Part shown: one piece after another, positions 46,648 to 59,660 of the stretch
How positions within the stretch are numbered: the stretch's first letter is position 1
Layout of the letters: each line of letters starts with the position of its first letter
From: Eledone cirrhosa
Lineage: Eukaryota
Length of the DNA stretch: 64,000 bases
Assembly: GCA_964016885.1 (NCBI GenBank)
Contig: OZ024742.1
Location: 150,412,001-150,476,000 of the forward strand
Direction of reading: 5' to 3'
Position numbers and translations under genes: made by a program
The notes under the pieces: model-generated
Databases searched by the model: none
What the model was told of the DNA's origin: nothing
What the model saw: only the letters and a program-made list of their open reading frames with translations

Positions 46648-48190
46648 ATGTATGTATGTATGTGTGTGTGTATGTATGTGTGTATGTGTGTATGTGTGTG
46701 TGTATGTGTGTATGTATGTGTGTATGTATGTGTATGTATGTGTGTATGTGTGTATGTGTGTGTATGTGTGCGTGTATGTGTGTACGTGTGTGTGTGTATG
46801 TATGTATGTATGTGTGTATGTATGTGTGTATGTATGTATGTATGTATGTGTTTACGTATGTATGTGTATGTGTGTGTATGTATGTATGTGTGTATGTATG
46901 TGTGTATGTGTGTATGTACGTGTGTGTGTATGTATGTGTGTATGTATGTGTTTATGTGTGTATGTATGTGTATGTATGTGTGTGTGTATGTATGTATGTG
47001 TGTATGTATGTGTGTATGTGTGTGTATGTGTGTATACATGTGTGTATGTGTGTGTGTGGGTGTATGTGTGTGTGTATGTATGTATGTGTGTACGTGTGTG
47101 TGTGTGTGTATGTATGTGTGTGTATGTATGTATGCGTGTATGTATGTGTATGTATGTATGTGTGTATGTGTGTATGTATGTGCGTGTGTATGTATGTGTG
47201 TATGTGTGTATGTATGTGTGTATCTGTGTATGTATGTGTGTATGTATGCGTGTATGTGTGTTCGTATGTTTGTGTATGTAAGTGTATGTGTGTATGTATG
47301 CGTGTGTGTATGTATTTATGTGTGTGTATGTATATGTGTACGTATGTATGTGTGTATGTGTGTGTATGTATGTATGTATGTGTGTATGTATGTATGTATG
47401 TGTGTATGTCAAAGGGCAAAGGAGCTCTTAAGAGTCAATGGCCATCCAAAATCACCGGGAGAGATGACCCCTTAGCCTTTGTCAAGGCGGAATTCTAGGA
47501 GAAGGAAAACTTTGATATAACACCTGCAACTCTGATGGTATCCAATGATGTTGACTTGTTCTTCTTTTTGGTAAATATCATCTTGGTCAAGAGAGTGGGA
47601 CTGACTTTGTGCAGTGCCTTTGCTCACTATAAAAGCTTCACGGCACAGGCATTGCTTTATATCTGGAGATCTCTCTACACTTGTCGTCACATGGTACCAT
47701 GGGCCCAGCACTATGTGTCAATAATTGTCACAAGTGTAGTGTCTGTACCAGAGTTTTCAAGTCGCTGGCTGGACTAAAAAGTCACACTCGTTCAGCGCAT
47801 CGGTAGGAGTTCTCCTACATGGATATAAAGTAGTGGCCATACTCGAAAACGAGTTGGCAGCCACCATGTGTGTATGTATGTGTGTATGTATGTGTGTATG
47901 TGTGTATGTATGTGTGTATGTGTGTATGTATGTGTGTATGTGTGTATGCATGTGTGTGTGTATGTGTGTATGTGTGTATGTATGTGTATGTGTGTGTGTG
48001 TGTATGTATGTGTGTACGTGTGTGTGTATGTATGTGTGTATGAGTGTGTGTATGTATGTGTGTATGTGTGTACGTATGTTTGTGTATGTATGTGTATGTA
48101 TGTATGTATGTATGTATGTGTGTGTATGTATGTGTGTGTGTGTATGTATGTGTGTATGTGTGTATGTATATGTGTGTGTATGTATGTATG

Positions 48191-48222
<32 letters not shown>
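46648..48222. repeat. (GTAT)n/(GT)n arrays flanking an RTE-derived element
   Basis: Seen directly. Confidence 0.95.
47408..47867 (+). mobile_element. Internally deleted (bipartite) RTE-type element with (GTAT)n tail
   Basis: 5'UTR-like part shared with 56551-57210; C2H2 finger CSVCTRVFKSLAGLKSHTRSAHR* at 47735-47806, typical of RTE ORF2 C-termini; 3' end GGCCATACTCGA..CGAG..GGCAGCCAYCAT shared with 57562-57594. Confidence 0.7.
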
Positions 48223-48223
<1 letters not shown>

Positions 48224-48303
48224 TTTCTCTTTCTCTTAATTTTGAGTATATTTTTTTGACCGGCCACCTTCCTGGTGGCAAGGTTGTAAAAGAAAAGAAA
48301 TTG

Positions 48304-51300
48304 TCATCCCTTGAATCGCAAGAATGTTTTGCAAATTTTGAAGGTGCCAGCTATCGCAGCCATTTGTAGACTATGAATTAGGGAGCTGCGCTTTTTGTCC
48401 ACAAATCCAAGTTCAGTCATACTTTGGTCCAAGCGGGTTGGTATATAACCCCTAGCACCAATAATGATGGGTATGAAGCTAGAGGTGTATCTTGGATACT
48501 GGATTTGTAAACTCCTCATCAATGGTCCGTAGATGTCCTCTTTCTCCTGTATTTTTCTGACAACGTTTACATCAAGTGGGCAGCTGATCTCCACAACAGA
48601 ACACGTTTTCAATGTGTGGTCCCAAACTACAATATCAGGCCGGTTGTGCTTTAATTTGGTGGCAGTTTTTATTTTCAGGTTCCACCAGTATTCCTTAGTG
48701 CCATCTGTCTCAATATATTCTTCCTCGTTTGTTGTTAATTTTGTTTTCCGAAGTGCGTTCCAGATGGTTCTAGCTATCCCATCGTGTCTCATGGGGAGGT
48801 AGTAGCGAGATGACATTCTTTCTCAGCTGGCAACAATGTGGCTTACATCCTCGATCTTTGTTTTACATAGCCTACATTTATTGTCAGCTGCTGGCCCTCC
48901 TCTTTTGTGCAGCAGATATTTGGTAGGGAGTTCTTGTTCCTGTATTGCATAGAGATATCCCTCAAGGTGTGATGTCATAAACTTGTCGGAACTCCATGCC
49001 AGGCTTTTTGAGTGGTTTATCCCCTCTATGGTCTGTGTTTTACGCCTCAAGTATCCATGCACAACTTTTTCTGTAAATTGGTCAATTTTTTTAATCTTGT
49101 TTGAACATTGAATAGGATCTTCCGATTTCTCTGGGTGAGAGATTTATATCAGGCTTTATTCCATATCTCTCCTCCAGATCAGTCGCTATTCTAATGATAT
49201 TTCTTTTTTCATGGTCATAAACCTGGGCAAGATGGTTGCCAACCTTTTTCCTCTGTTGAAGGTGTTGCTTCAGTGTCACTATCCGGGTCTCATATGTTGT
49301 TAATATTGATTTTAGACCCCGGCCACCTTCCTTGCGTGAGAAGTATAGCCTATCCACATCACCATTGATGTTAAAGTTCCCAGTAACACTGAGAAGTTTT
49401 CGAGTTCTAACATCCATCTCACTTAGTTCTTGCAATGACCAGTTCAGTAGGCCAAATGTTGGCGTTAGAATTGGCACAGCATAAGTATTGTGGGCAATGT
49501 ATTTGTTGTATGCTGACAGTTCTGATGACCATATTTTCTTTACTCTTCTGAGGTATTCAGTTCTGGTTCTCTCCTTATTTATGGGTCCATCATATCTGAC
49601 ATTCTCATCCTGTCCAAGATATCTGTAGTTGTCACCTGACTGCAGAGGTTGTATTGTCAGGCCGTTCATCTCTAGATTTCTAGAGGAGGGCACAGCTCTT
49701 CCACGTTTTACTGCCAAATATGCACACATGGACTCACCAAATTTCATTTTGATGTCGGTTGAAAATTGTGTAATGAGGTCCAATTGTTTCTTGATGTCAT
49801 TGATATTTGGCCCATACAACTTCAGGTCATCAACAAAGAAAAGATGGGAGATACTTCTGGTCCCACTTCTTTGTCCACCTTGTTTCCTGAGTAGGTAAGA
49901 TAGTGGATTCAGTGAGAGAACGAAGAGTAGCACTGACAAGCTATCACCCTGAAAGATGCCCTTCTAGTAATGTATCTTATCAGTCTTAACCTGCTCCTTC
50001 TCACCTCTAAGGATCAAACTGGTGTACCAGTCCTTGGTCAGGCGTTCAACAGCAGCTACCAATGCTTGTGGGACTTTAGCTAACTGTAAAGCCTTAACAA
50101 TCCACCCATGAGGTACACTATCAAATGCTTTTTGATAGTCCAGCCACACGACAGTCATGTTTCTGCGATTCTTTGTTGTTTTTTCCTGAATCATTTTGTT
50201 AGTTAGTAGGTGATCTATGCAACCCCACACCTCCCTCTTTCCACCAGCTTGCTCAGGTGTTATGATGTTGTTGGTAGCACAGTGATCCTGTAAGAACAGG
50301 TTAAGGCACCCAGTATATAATTTATACATGATGTTTTGGCAGGCAATTGGGCGGTAATTTTTAGCAAGGGTGGTTTGGCTATTTTGGGGAATGAGGAGAG
50401 TAGAGGTAGTCGATAACCATCTGGGCAGTTCTTGTGTGCCCTTAATGGTTTCTGTAAACAGCCGTATGAGATCTTGCCGATAGAAAGTGAAATTCTTCAA
50501 CCAGTATCCTGTAATGAGGTCTGGGCCTGGCGATTTCCTATTCGACATTTTCTGTAGAGCTGTTTCCAGTATTGACCCATCTATGTCATATTGTTTTGTC
50601 TGGACATGTTGGCAGTAGTCCTGTTCCAGTTCTTTTAGCCAATTAGCTTGTCTGTTGAATCCGTCATCTGTTTCCCATACATATCTCCAGTAGCTCTCAA
50701 CCTGTTCTTTTGAAGGGGTGTCATTTACAGAGATTGAGCTTTTGCCACCGAAGCTGCGATAAACTGATTTAGGATCTCTGGCAAACAATCTATTTAGTAC
50801 TTGTCGTTTATGTGCTGTTGACTTATATTTTAGTCTTTCTGTTGTAGCTGTGAGTTGTTGTTTCAACTGGTGTAATTTGGAGTTCAAAGTTTTAAATTTT
50901 GTATCTCCAAATCTTCTCTCTAACTTTTTCTTTAGGTCTTCCTGGTGTTGTGTGAAGTTGCTCTCTATGTTGCATTTCATAACGACTGCAATGTGTGAGA
51001 TACTTCGTCTCAGGGACAAAATTTTGGTTTTTAAATTTCGCATCCACGCTGGTTCAGGCTTTCTGTTTGTATCTTGATTGCGTGGTTTTAGATGTGTGTT
51101 ATATGATAGCAATGTGACAGCTGAAACATATAACAAGACATTAAGCGTTTCAAATGTCGTTTCTACACCTTTAGATCGTATAGCCTTCAGATAATTGCCA
51201 GCTATTTCGTTCACCGCTTCCAATTCCAATTTAGTGGGTTCTTTACTGACTCTAGTGTTGTATGGTCTGTCACTCACATTAAGGCTGTGTATCTCTTGAA

Positions 51301-51814
51301 ACATATCGTTCCATATCACTTGTAGGGAGCCCATAAGTTTTTGGTGCTCTGTTTGTTCAGTAGAGTCATGAATTTCAGCCTCGTTGTTGATGTGGTGACA
51401 ATTACTACTAGAGTCAGCTGACCTTTCTCGCTGTTCTTCAGTGGAAGTGGGATGGATTTCAGCAAAATTGTTAGTGAGCTGTTCACTGTTAGATTTAGCT
51501 GGCCATTCTCTTTGTCTCTCAGTGGAGGTGGGGTGGTTGTCTACAAAGGCTGTATTTGTAGTATCACTCGATTCCGTTAGATGTATCAATTTACATCTAA
51601 TGATACGTTTTGCCTGTTCGTTTAAATGCTTTGGAGAAAAGTCTAATTCTGGGTGTTTGGAGTTCCATAAAGTTTTTAGCCTTTGCATAAAACCGAACTT
51701 TTGGGGTTCAGATTGTTTGTATGCTTCATATAATACTTTGTTAAGCTCGTAGCTCCACTGTGTACAACGGTTGTAATTGCGATTTGGTCGAAGGAGACTT
51801 ATACTTTTTGCCAT
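48304..51814 (-). pseudogene. R4/Dong ORF (~1170 aa): RT plus restriction-like endonuclease, three lesions
   Basis: KSPGPD, NYRPIAC, WLDYQKAFDSVPH, GIFQGDSLS, FVDDLKLY, CRLC..EDVSHIVAS*, RHD, RPDIVVWD..VEISCP; stop at 49964, frameshift near 49085, stop at 48823 replacing the last CCHC Cys. Confidence 0.93.
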
Positions 51815-52359
51815 GATGAGTTCGTCTATTCACTAATATTTCGTATTTATTTTTCAAAATAGTCGATGATCTTCTTTAAAAGTTACGACAAAGTTCTGTC
51901 AGAATCAAATTTAAAGTTATTCACAGCTTGAGTAATATTTCTTTTCAGTTAGTTTTTAATTCTACAACTGTGTTTTAAACGTTGCTCTTGAATCGTTTGA
52001 ATCGAGAATAAAAAGAACCGTTACTTAGTATATTCCTTTATGAATGTAATATAACATAACAACGCTGTATTTATATGTTAAAGTTTATGTATCATTCATA
52101 TAAATAGGTGTTCTACAACCTATTCACAACATATTCACAGTTAAAACACTTATATTTTTGTTTCTGAATCGAAAACGTTACTTGTATATTTCTTTATAAA
52201 TGTAATATAACAACGTTGCATTTATATGTTAAAGTGTATGTATCGTTCATATATCATAAGTGTATGTATCGTTCATATAAATAGGTGTTTTACAACACAC
52301 TTACAGTTCAAACACTTATGTAGAATTATTGTATGTAATCTTACCGCGTAATGTAGCTC

Positions 52360-52705
52360 AACCATGTCATAGTGTACCACATGTGTTTACCATGTAGATC
52401 ACCAACACTAACAAGGTTGTCTCCAACCATTTCATAGTGTACCAGGTATGTTTACCATGTAGGTCACCAACACTAACAAGGTTGTCTCCAACCATTTCAT
52501 AGTGTACCAGGTATGTTTACCATGTAGATCACCAACACTAACAAGGTTGTCTCCAACCATTTCATAGTGTACCAGGTATGTTTACCATGTAGGTCACCAA
52601 CCCTAACAAGGTTGTCTCCAACCATTTCATAGTGTACCAGGTATGTTTACCATGTAGATCACCAACACTAACAAGGTTGTCTCCAACCATTTCATAGTGT
52701 ACCAG
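52360..52705. repeat. 65-bp minisatellite (~5.3 copies) in the R4 5'UTR
   Basis: ACAAGGTTGT recurs at 52411, 52476, 52541, 52606, 52671. Confidence 0.97.
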
Positions 52706-52816
52706 TTACCGCGTAATGTAGCTCAACTTTTTCCAATATATGGTTATGTTGCCTTCATGTAAGCCGTAATTACACACGTCCGATTATCGGACACTGACCA
52801 CAACGGTCGCCATTTT

Positions 52817-53713
52817 ATGTATGTATGTGTGTATGTGTGTATGTATGTATGTATGTATGTGTGTATGTATGTGTGTATGTATGTGTGTATGTGTGTATGT
52901 ATGTGTGTATGTGTGTATGTATGTGGGTATGTGTGTATGCATGTGTGTATATATGTGTATGTGCGTGTGTATGTATGTATGTGTGTACGTGTATGTGTGT
53001 ATGTATGTATGTATGTATGTATGTATGTATGTATGTATGTGTGTATGTGTGTATGTGTGTGTATGTGTGTACGTATGTTTGTGTATGTATGTATGTGTAT
53101 GTATGCATGTGTGTGTGTATGTATGTATGTACGTATGTATGTGTGTATGTGTGTTTGTGTATGTATGTATGTGTGTATGTATGTGTGTATGTGTGTATGT
53201 ATGTGTGTGCGTATGTATGTGTGTATGTATGTGTGTATGTGTGTATGTATGTGTGTATGTGTGTATGTATGTGGGTATGTGTGTATGTATGTGTGTATAT
53301 ATGTGTATGTGCGTGTGTATGTATGTATGTGTGTACGTGTATGTGTGTATGTATGTATGTATGTATGTATGTATGTATGTATGTATGTATGTATGTATGT
53401 GTGTATGTGTGTATGTGTGTGTATGTGTGTACGTATGTTTGTGTATGTATGTATGTGTATGTATGCATGTGTGTGTGTATGTATGTATGTACGTATGTAT
53501 GTGTGTATGTGTGTTTGTGTATGTATGTATGTGTGTATGTATGTGTGTATGTGTGTATGTATGTGTGTGCGTATGTATGTGTGTATGTATGTGTGTATGT
53601 GTGTATGTGTGTATGTATGTGTATGTATGTGTGTATGTGTGTGTGTATGTATGTGTGTATGTATGTGTGTATGTGTGTATGTATGTGTGTATGTATGTAT
53701 GTATGTGTGTATG
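52817..53713. repeat. (GTAT)n array with a ~350-bp higher-order duplication
   Basis: Landmarks GTGGGTATGT at 52923/53271 and ACGTATGTTT at 53071/53431. Confidence 0.92.
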
Positions 53714-54162
53714 TTATCTCTCTCTCTTAATTTCGAGTATATTTTTTGACCGGCCACCTTCCTGGTGGCAAGGTTGTAAAAGAAAAGAATTTGTCATCCC
53801 TCGAATCGCAAGAATGTTTTGCAAATTTTGAAGGTGCCAGCTATAGCAGCCATTTGTAGACTATGTATTAGGGAGCTGCGCTCTTTGTCCGCAAATCCAA
53901 GTTCATTCATACTTTGGTCCAAGCGGGTTGGTATATAACCCGTAGCTCCAATAATGATGGGTATGAAGCTAAAGGTGTATCTTGGATACTGGATTTGTAA
54001 ACTCCTCATCAATGGTCCGTAGATGTCCTCCTTCTCCTGTATTTTTCTGACAACGTTTACAGCAAGTGGACAGCTGATCTCCACAACAGAACACGTTTTC
54101 AATGTGTGGTCCCAAACAACAATATCAGGCCGGTATTGCTTTAATTTGGTGGCAGTTTTTAT
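53714..54162 (-). mobile_element. 5'-truncated copy of the same R4/Dong family
   Basis: Closely matches 48223-48672; flanked by (CATA)n. Confidence 0.93.
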
Positions 54163-54590
54163 GTATCTATGTATGTGTGTATGTATGTATGTGTGTATGT
54201 ATGTATGTATGTATGTGTGTATGTGTGTACGTATGTGTGTGTATGTATGTGTGTGTGTATGTATGTGTGTACGTATGTGTGTGTATGTATGTGTGTGTGT
54301 ATGTATGTGTGTGTATGTATGTGTGGATGTATGTGTATGTAGTTATGTATGTGTGTATGTATGTATGTACGTATATACGTATGTATGTGTGTGTGTATGT
54401 GTGTATGAATGTGTCTGGCTGGATAGATGTATGTATGTATGAATGGCTGTTTGTGTGTATGTATGTATTTATGTTTGTGTGAATGTATGTATGAATATGG
54501 ATGTGTGTAAGCATCTATGTGTGTGCGTGTATGTAAGTATATATGTAGTAAATATGTGTGTATGTAATAGGTATGTATATGTATATGTAT

Positions 54591-56454
54591 GTTCTTCTGG
54601 TTTTATAATTTCACAAAGTTTTACCAATAGAGAGAGAGTCGGTTTCTCACATAGACACAAGACTCTCATTAGAATTTACACAATATCAACTAGCTAGATA
54701 TGTATGCAGGAATGTGTAGATATGGATGTTATTGTATGTGTGGATGTGGATGTTTTGAGTTGTATGTGTGCATGTATATATGCTTTGTATCTGTACATGT
54801 GTATATGCAGTTATTAGATGCAAAATTTTTTGAATGTTTTACATATTTTTACTGTTCCATTAATGGATTGGACTTGTAATTTCCTAACTAGTTGTATTCT
54901 TTCTGTTGCTGTGAAGCCTAACTTCTCAAGATGTGTATTGCGGCAGTTACTAACACATCCCAGTGCCCCAATAATCACAGGCATAAATCTGAAGGTGTAA
55001 TCAGGGTGCAGTATCTGCAGATTTCTCATCAGTTCTGCATAAATATTCTCCTTTTCACTAATCTTTGATATTATATTGGCATCTGCTGGGCAGCTAATTT
55101 CCACTACTGTGCATGTTTTCTTCTCTCTGTCCCATATCATAATATTTGGTCTGTTATGCCTGCATTTTATTGGGGTTTTTACTGGAACATTCCACCAGTA
55201 CTCTTTCATATTATGTACATGGATGTCTTCCACATTGTTGTAGCTTTTAATGTGTTTATTATCGGGGCTATCTTTTTTACGAACTGCATTGCACAGTGTT
55301 TTAGCCACTACATCATGCCTCATAGGTAGATAGTACCGCGATGACATCTTTGGACAGCTGCCGATGACATGGGTGATATCCTCGATGTTAGTTCTGCAGG
55401 GGCTGCACTTGTTATCACATCTAGATGTTTTGCCTGCATCCCTATCTCTTTTGTGAATCAGGTATTTCGTGCTAATCTCCTGTTCCTGGATTGCAAAAGC
55501 GTATCCTTCAAAGTGGGAGTCAATATAGCGGTTGTTGATCCAAGATAGACTACTTTCCTTATCTATATTACTCTCACTCTGGAGCTTCCTGGCAACATAT
55601 CCATGCATGATTTTTTGCTGATAGGCATGCAGTTTTTCATCCATGGATTCACTGCGATACTGCTAAGCGACATCCCAGTGTGTGAGTTTTTGATTATCAC
55701 ACAGGGAATATCTCTCAAGGAGTTCCTTCCCAACTCTCATGATCTTATCTGTTTCATGCAGATAGACTTGCTCGAGAAACGGGCTCCTACGCTTCGAGGT
55801 TCGTAGATGTTGTCGGAGAGATATGATGCGGCATTCAAATGTTGTCTGGACTGATGTTAGGCCTCTGCCTCCCTGCTTACGTTTCAAGTAAAGGCGGTCT
55901 ATGTCACTGTAGATGTGGAAGTTTCCGGTGTTGTTCAGTATTTTTCGAGTTCCAATATCAACTGCTCGGATTTCGTCTATCGTCCAATTGAGTATTCCAA
56001 ACGTTGGTGTTAGGACAAGCACAGCAAACACATTGTGAGCCACTGTTTTGTTTTGCGCAGAGAGTTCCGATGACCAGATCTTTCTTAATCGGGTGTAGTA
56101 TTCCCTGGTTACGCGTTCTTTATTACAGATACCATTATAGGATATTTTCTCATCTATCACCAGGTATCTGTAGCAGTCCTCATCAGATATTGGTGAAACA
56201 GTTAGGCTATTGATGACAATGCTGCTAGATTGGGTTGTTGTTTTTCTTCGCTTTACAGTCATGTATGAGCATTTATCTTGGCCAAACTCCATTCCTATAT
56301 TCTTTGAGAACGTTGTAACCAGGTCAAGATTTTTCTTCATCCCATCCATGTTCTTGGCATAGAGTTTCAGATCGTCCACAAAGAAATTATGAGTTAAGTT
56401 CGTATTTCTGTCCTACTGTGAGCCAATGATGTATCCCTCACATTTCTTGAGCAG
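54591..56454 (-). mobile_element. Second R4-clade family, 5'-truncated, frameshifted
   Basis: ORFs 55663-56379 (FVDDLKLY) and 54814-55644 (CxxC..H....C, RHD, RPN, VEISCP); 5' junction abuts a perfect (ATGT)n run. Confidence 0.9.
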
Positions 56455-56550
56455 ATGTATGTATGTATGTATGTATGTATGTATGTATGTATGTATGTAT
56501 GTATGTATGTATGTATGTATGTATGTATGTATGTATGTGCGTATGTATGT

Positions 56551-57594
56551 GGAGGGTGATTTTGGAAACCATGCAGGACAAAAAACAAAACCTGACAAAG
56601 GGCGAAAGAACTCATAAGAGTCAACGGCCAGCAATGAAATCAAATCCGCTCTCTTGATCTGGAACCCTGACTGCAGCCTGACTAGGCGTAGGAAGCTGTC
56701 ATTCCCTGACGTTATCTCTAGGGAAACGGGAATCAGCAGACAGGACCTGGGGCAGCGATGGGGGACAGGGGATTCTGGGGCATGAGAGTGAGATCCATCA
56801 TCTCGACAATAGTCGACGAGTGATGGTGATGTGATATGTATATGTATATATACATATACATAAATATGTACATGTGTATATACATATGTACACACATATG
56901 TATATATACATAGGTGCATGTGTATGTATATGCGCAGAGACATAGAAATAGTCGGGCTGGACACCCGATCGCGCGGTTAATCTACTGGAAGTGAAGGATC
57001 CCCAGCCTTTGTCAGGACATTCTTCTAGGAGAAGGTAACTCAGGAAACTGGGATAACTCCGATATAAAACCTGCGGCTCAGTAGTTACCGATGATGTTGA
57101 TCTTTTCTTCTTTTCGGGTTATAGCTACTGTCGCTCAGAGAGTGGGATTGGCTCAGTGCACAGTCTTTCCTCACTTTAAAAAATATCTTCACGCACAGGC
57201 ATTGCACGATAGAATTAATTATGTTTCTACTTTAGGCACAAGGCCAGCAATTATCCAGTGCATTACTGGTACTTTATTTTATCGACCCCGTAAGGATAAA
57301 AGGCAAAGTCAACCTCGGCGGGATTTGAACTCAGATCGTAAAGGGACGTAACTATGCTGGAAAGCATGGCGCCCGACCCTCTACCGATATTGCCAATCCA
57401 CCGAGAATTAATTAATAATTCGATCTGAGTTCAAATCCCGCCGAGGTTGACTTTGCCTTTCATCCTTACAGGGTCGATAAAATTAAGTACCAGTAATGCA
57501 CTGGGTAATTGTTGGCCTTGTGCCTAAAGTAGAAACAATTAATAACGTTATATCGTGCAATGGCCATACTCGATGACGAGGGGGCAGCCATCAT
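56551..57594 (+). mobile_element. Second bipartite RTE-derived element with nested insertions (LINE 3' fragment ~56630-56832; SINE pair 57221-57540)
   Basis: Shares CAAAGGGC..AAGAGTCAA.GGCCA, AGCCTTTGTCA..TTCTAGGAGAAGG, GATGTTGA, GCACAGGCATTGC and the 3' end with 47408-47867; nested piece encodes LLIWNP..RRKLSFPDVISRETG. Confidence 0.65.
57221..57540. mobile_element. Two main-family SINEs in inverted (head-to-head) orientation
   Basis: 57221-57404 (-) and 57421-57540 (+). Confidence 0.88.
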
Positions 57595-58837
57595 GTGTAT
57601 GTGTATATGTATGTATGTATGTATGTACGTATATATGTATGTGTGTATCCGTAACTTCTGGTGTAGTTGTAGTGGTTATATAGCAATCTACAGCATGTCT
57701 TAGTATTTTAAACGCTACGGAACCCATCCCTTTAACAGCCGGATTCTTCCAGAGAAAGAAAAGGGGATTAAAGATATTAGAGAAAGAGTTACTTCTGCAC
57801 TGAAATATATACAGAAATGTATATGCTTCTAATACGTTAAGTCCTTGTCTCCGTATCTTTCTTCCTCCACCCCACACTGATGCCGTTTCTTAAGGAAGAA
57901 TTGACTTTCAACTGGACTGGTACTTATTTATCAACATTGAAGGAGTGAAGGAAAAGCTGATCTCAGGAGTTTCGAGGTCATTTTAAATCTGGCAGCGCCC
58001 ATCCTCTTATCAAGTCTGATTACAGTCGATTTCTTCCAGAAAACGAGAGAGTGAAAGAAAGAAAGGGAGAGAAACGGAGATAGTAAGTGAGAAAGAGATA
58101 CTTTTTCATCGACTTCGAAAGGTTTAAAGGCTAGGACAAAAACTGTTTGGAAGCTTGTCGGGTGGACTTCACCTGCTAATTCAAACGGCCATCCTTGTCA
58201 CACTGTTTCACAGTACATCTCTCTGAGAATTAGGTACAGATTTCTGTGAAATACCCTACCACTACCACTACCACTAATACAATGAGAACGTAGATCTCGT
58301 GATTGAACAACTAGAAAACTCATCTTTAGAACTGACAGAGGTCCATTTACTTTACTTTCAGCTATCACCCTACCTAACATTAACTTCCTCAAAACTTTCT
58401 CAATAGCGCGCGTTGAAAGAGACGTACATACTGACTCATTCATTCACGCACAAAGCACGCCACAAGTGGCACTCACACACACACATTCACACTCACATCA
58501 TATTCACACACATTCACATACACACACATACACAGACACATTCACACCCAGACACAGATAGACACACAGATAGACACACACATACATATAATACCTCACG
58601 CATATACACCTGTATACATTCTCACACTTAACACAGACACACACACAAACACACACACTCATACACACACACACACATACACATATGCATACATACAATA
58701 ACTCACACTGGTATGGCGATATACTGTCACCACGTATACACACACAACAATAATAGGACCTCTGCTCGGTCCCTTATTCTGCTAGAAATAACAATCAAAT
58801 CTTCTTTAATTTAAGCCCTACCATCTTTAAAACAAAT

Positions 58838-59290
58838 GGTTTCTTATATAGGCACAAGACCAGCAATTTGGGGGGAGGGGAAGTCGATTAAATCGACCCC
58901 AGTGCGTGATTGGTACTTTATTTTATCGACGTCGTAAGGCAAAGTTAACCTCGGTTAAGGAGAGTTTGGCAGGTGTAATCCTATGCCTGTGAAGGCGCAT
59001 AACTTAGTGGTTGAGGTGTTCGGCTCAGAATGGAAAGGTAATGAGTGTGTCGTTGAGCAAGACACTTTATTTCACGTTGTTCTAGAACGCTCAATTTTCA
59101 AAAATAAGAGTTGCAACTGTAATTCAAAAAGCCAGCCTTGTCACATACTGTGTCGCACCGAATCTCCCTGAGAACTACGTTAAAGGTGCCCGCAGCAGTA
59201 GAATGCCCACTCACTTGCATGTTAATTTCACAAGCTGGCTGTTTCGTTGTTCGAACAGATGGAACACTCGTCATGAGAACGGACGGAGGC
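58838..59290. mobile_element. Main SINE 3' part (58838-58955, -) next to a second-family SINE (58989-59290, +)
   Basis: Diagnostic cores of both families. Confidence 0.8.
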
Positions 59291-59660
59291 CAATCACATT
59301 ATGTCTAAAATAACTTTGACTTTCTCACGGATGGAATGTCTTTTATATAAATAATTGTTCTACCAGTTAGACTCTACCTTGTCAAGGATAGCCTGGAGCA
59401 AGACAACAGTCAGATAATCTACTGACATATACAGAGACAGGGAAACCCCACCATAAACACACATACACATCACCTCAGACATATACACATATAAACATCA
59501 CCATACACATACAAAGACACATCAACACACACGTACATACATACACACATACACACATGCATCACCAAATACACGTATACTTATCAATACTCACATACGC
59601 ACATCACCACACACCTGCACGTATCACCACACACACATATACACACACGTACACACATCC

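Larger units (their letters stand above)
48223..52816 (-). mobile_element. Near full-length RLE-type non-LTR retrotransposon (R4/Dong clade)
   Basis: Single long ORF with RT, CCHC finger and PD-(D/E)xK endonuclease; ~1 kb 5'UTR; bordered by (CATA)n on both sides. Confidence 0.9.

Noticed and set aside
52360-52705. Possible CRISPR-like array
   Set aside because: Units are contiguous and near-identical with no unique spacers; eukaryotic retroelement UTR.
46468-54514. Cys/His-rich VCMY/HTYI ORFs
   Set aside because: Translations of (GTAT)n/(GT)n arrays; not metallothionein-like or His-rich proteins.
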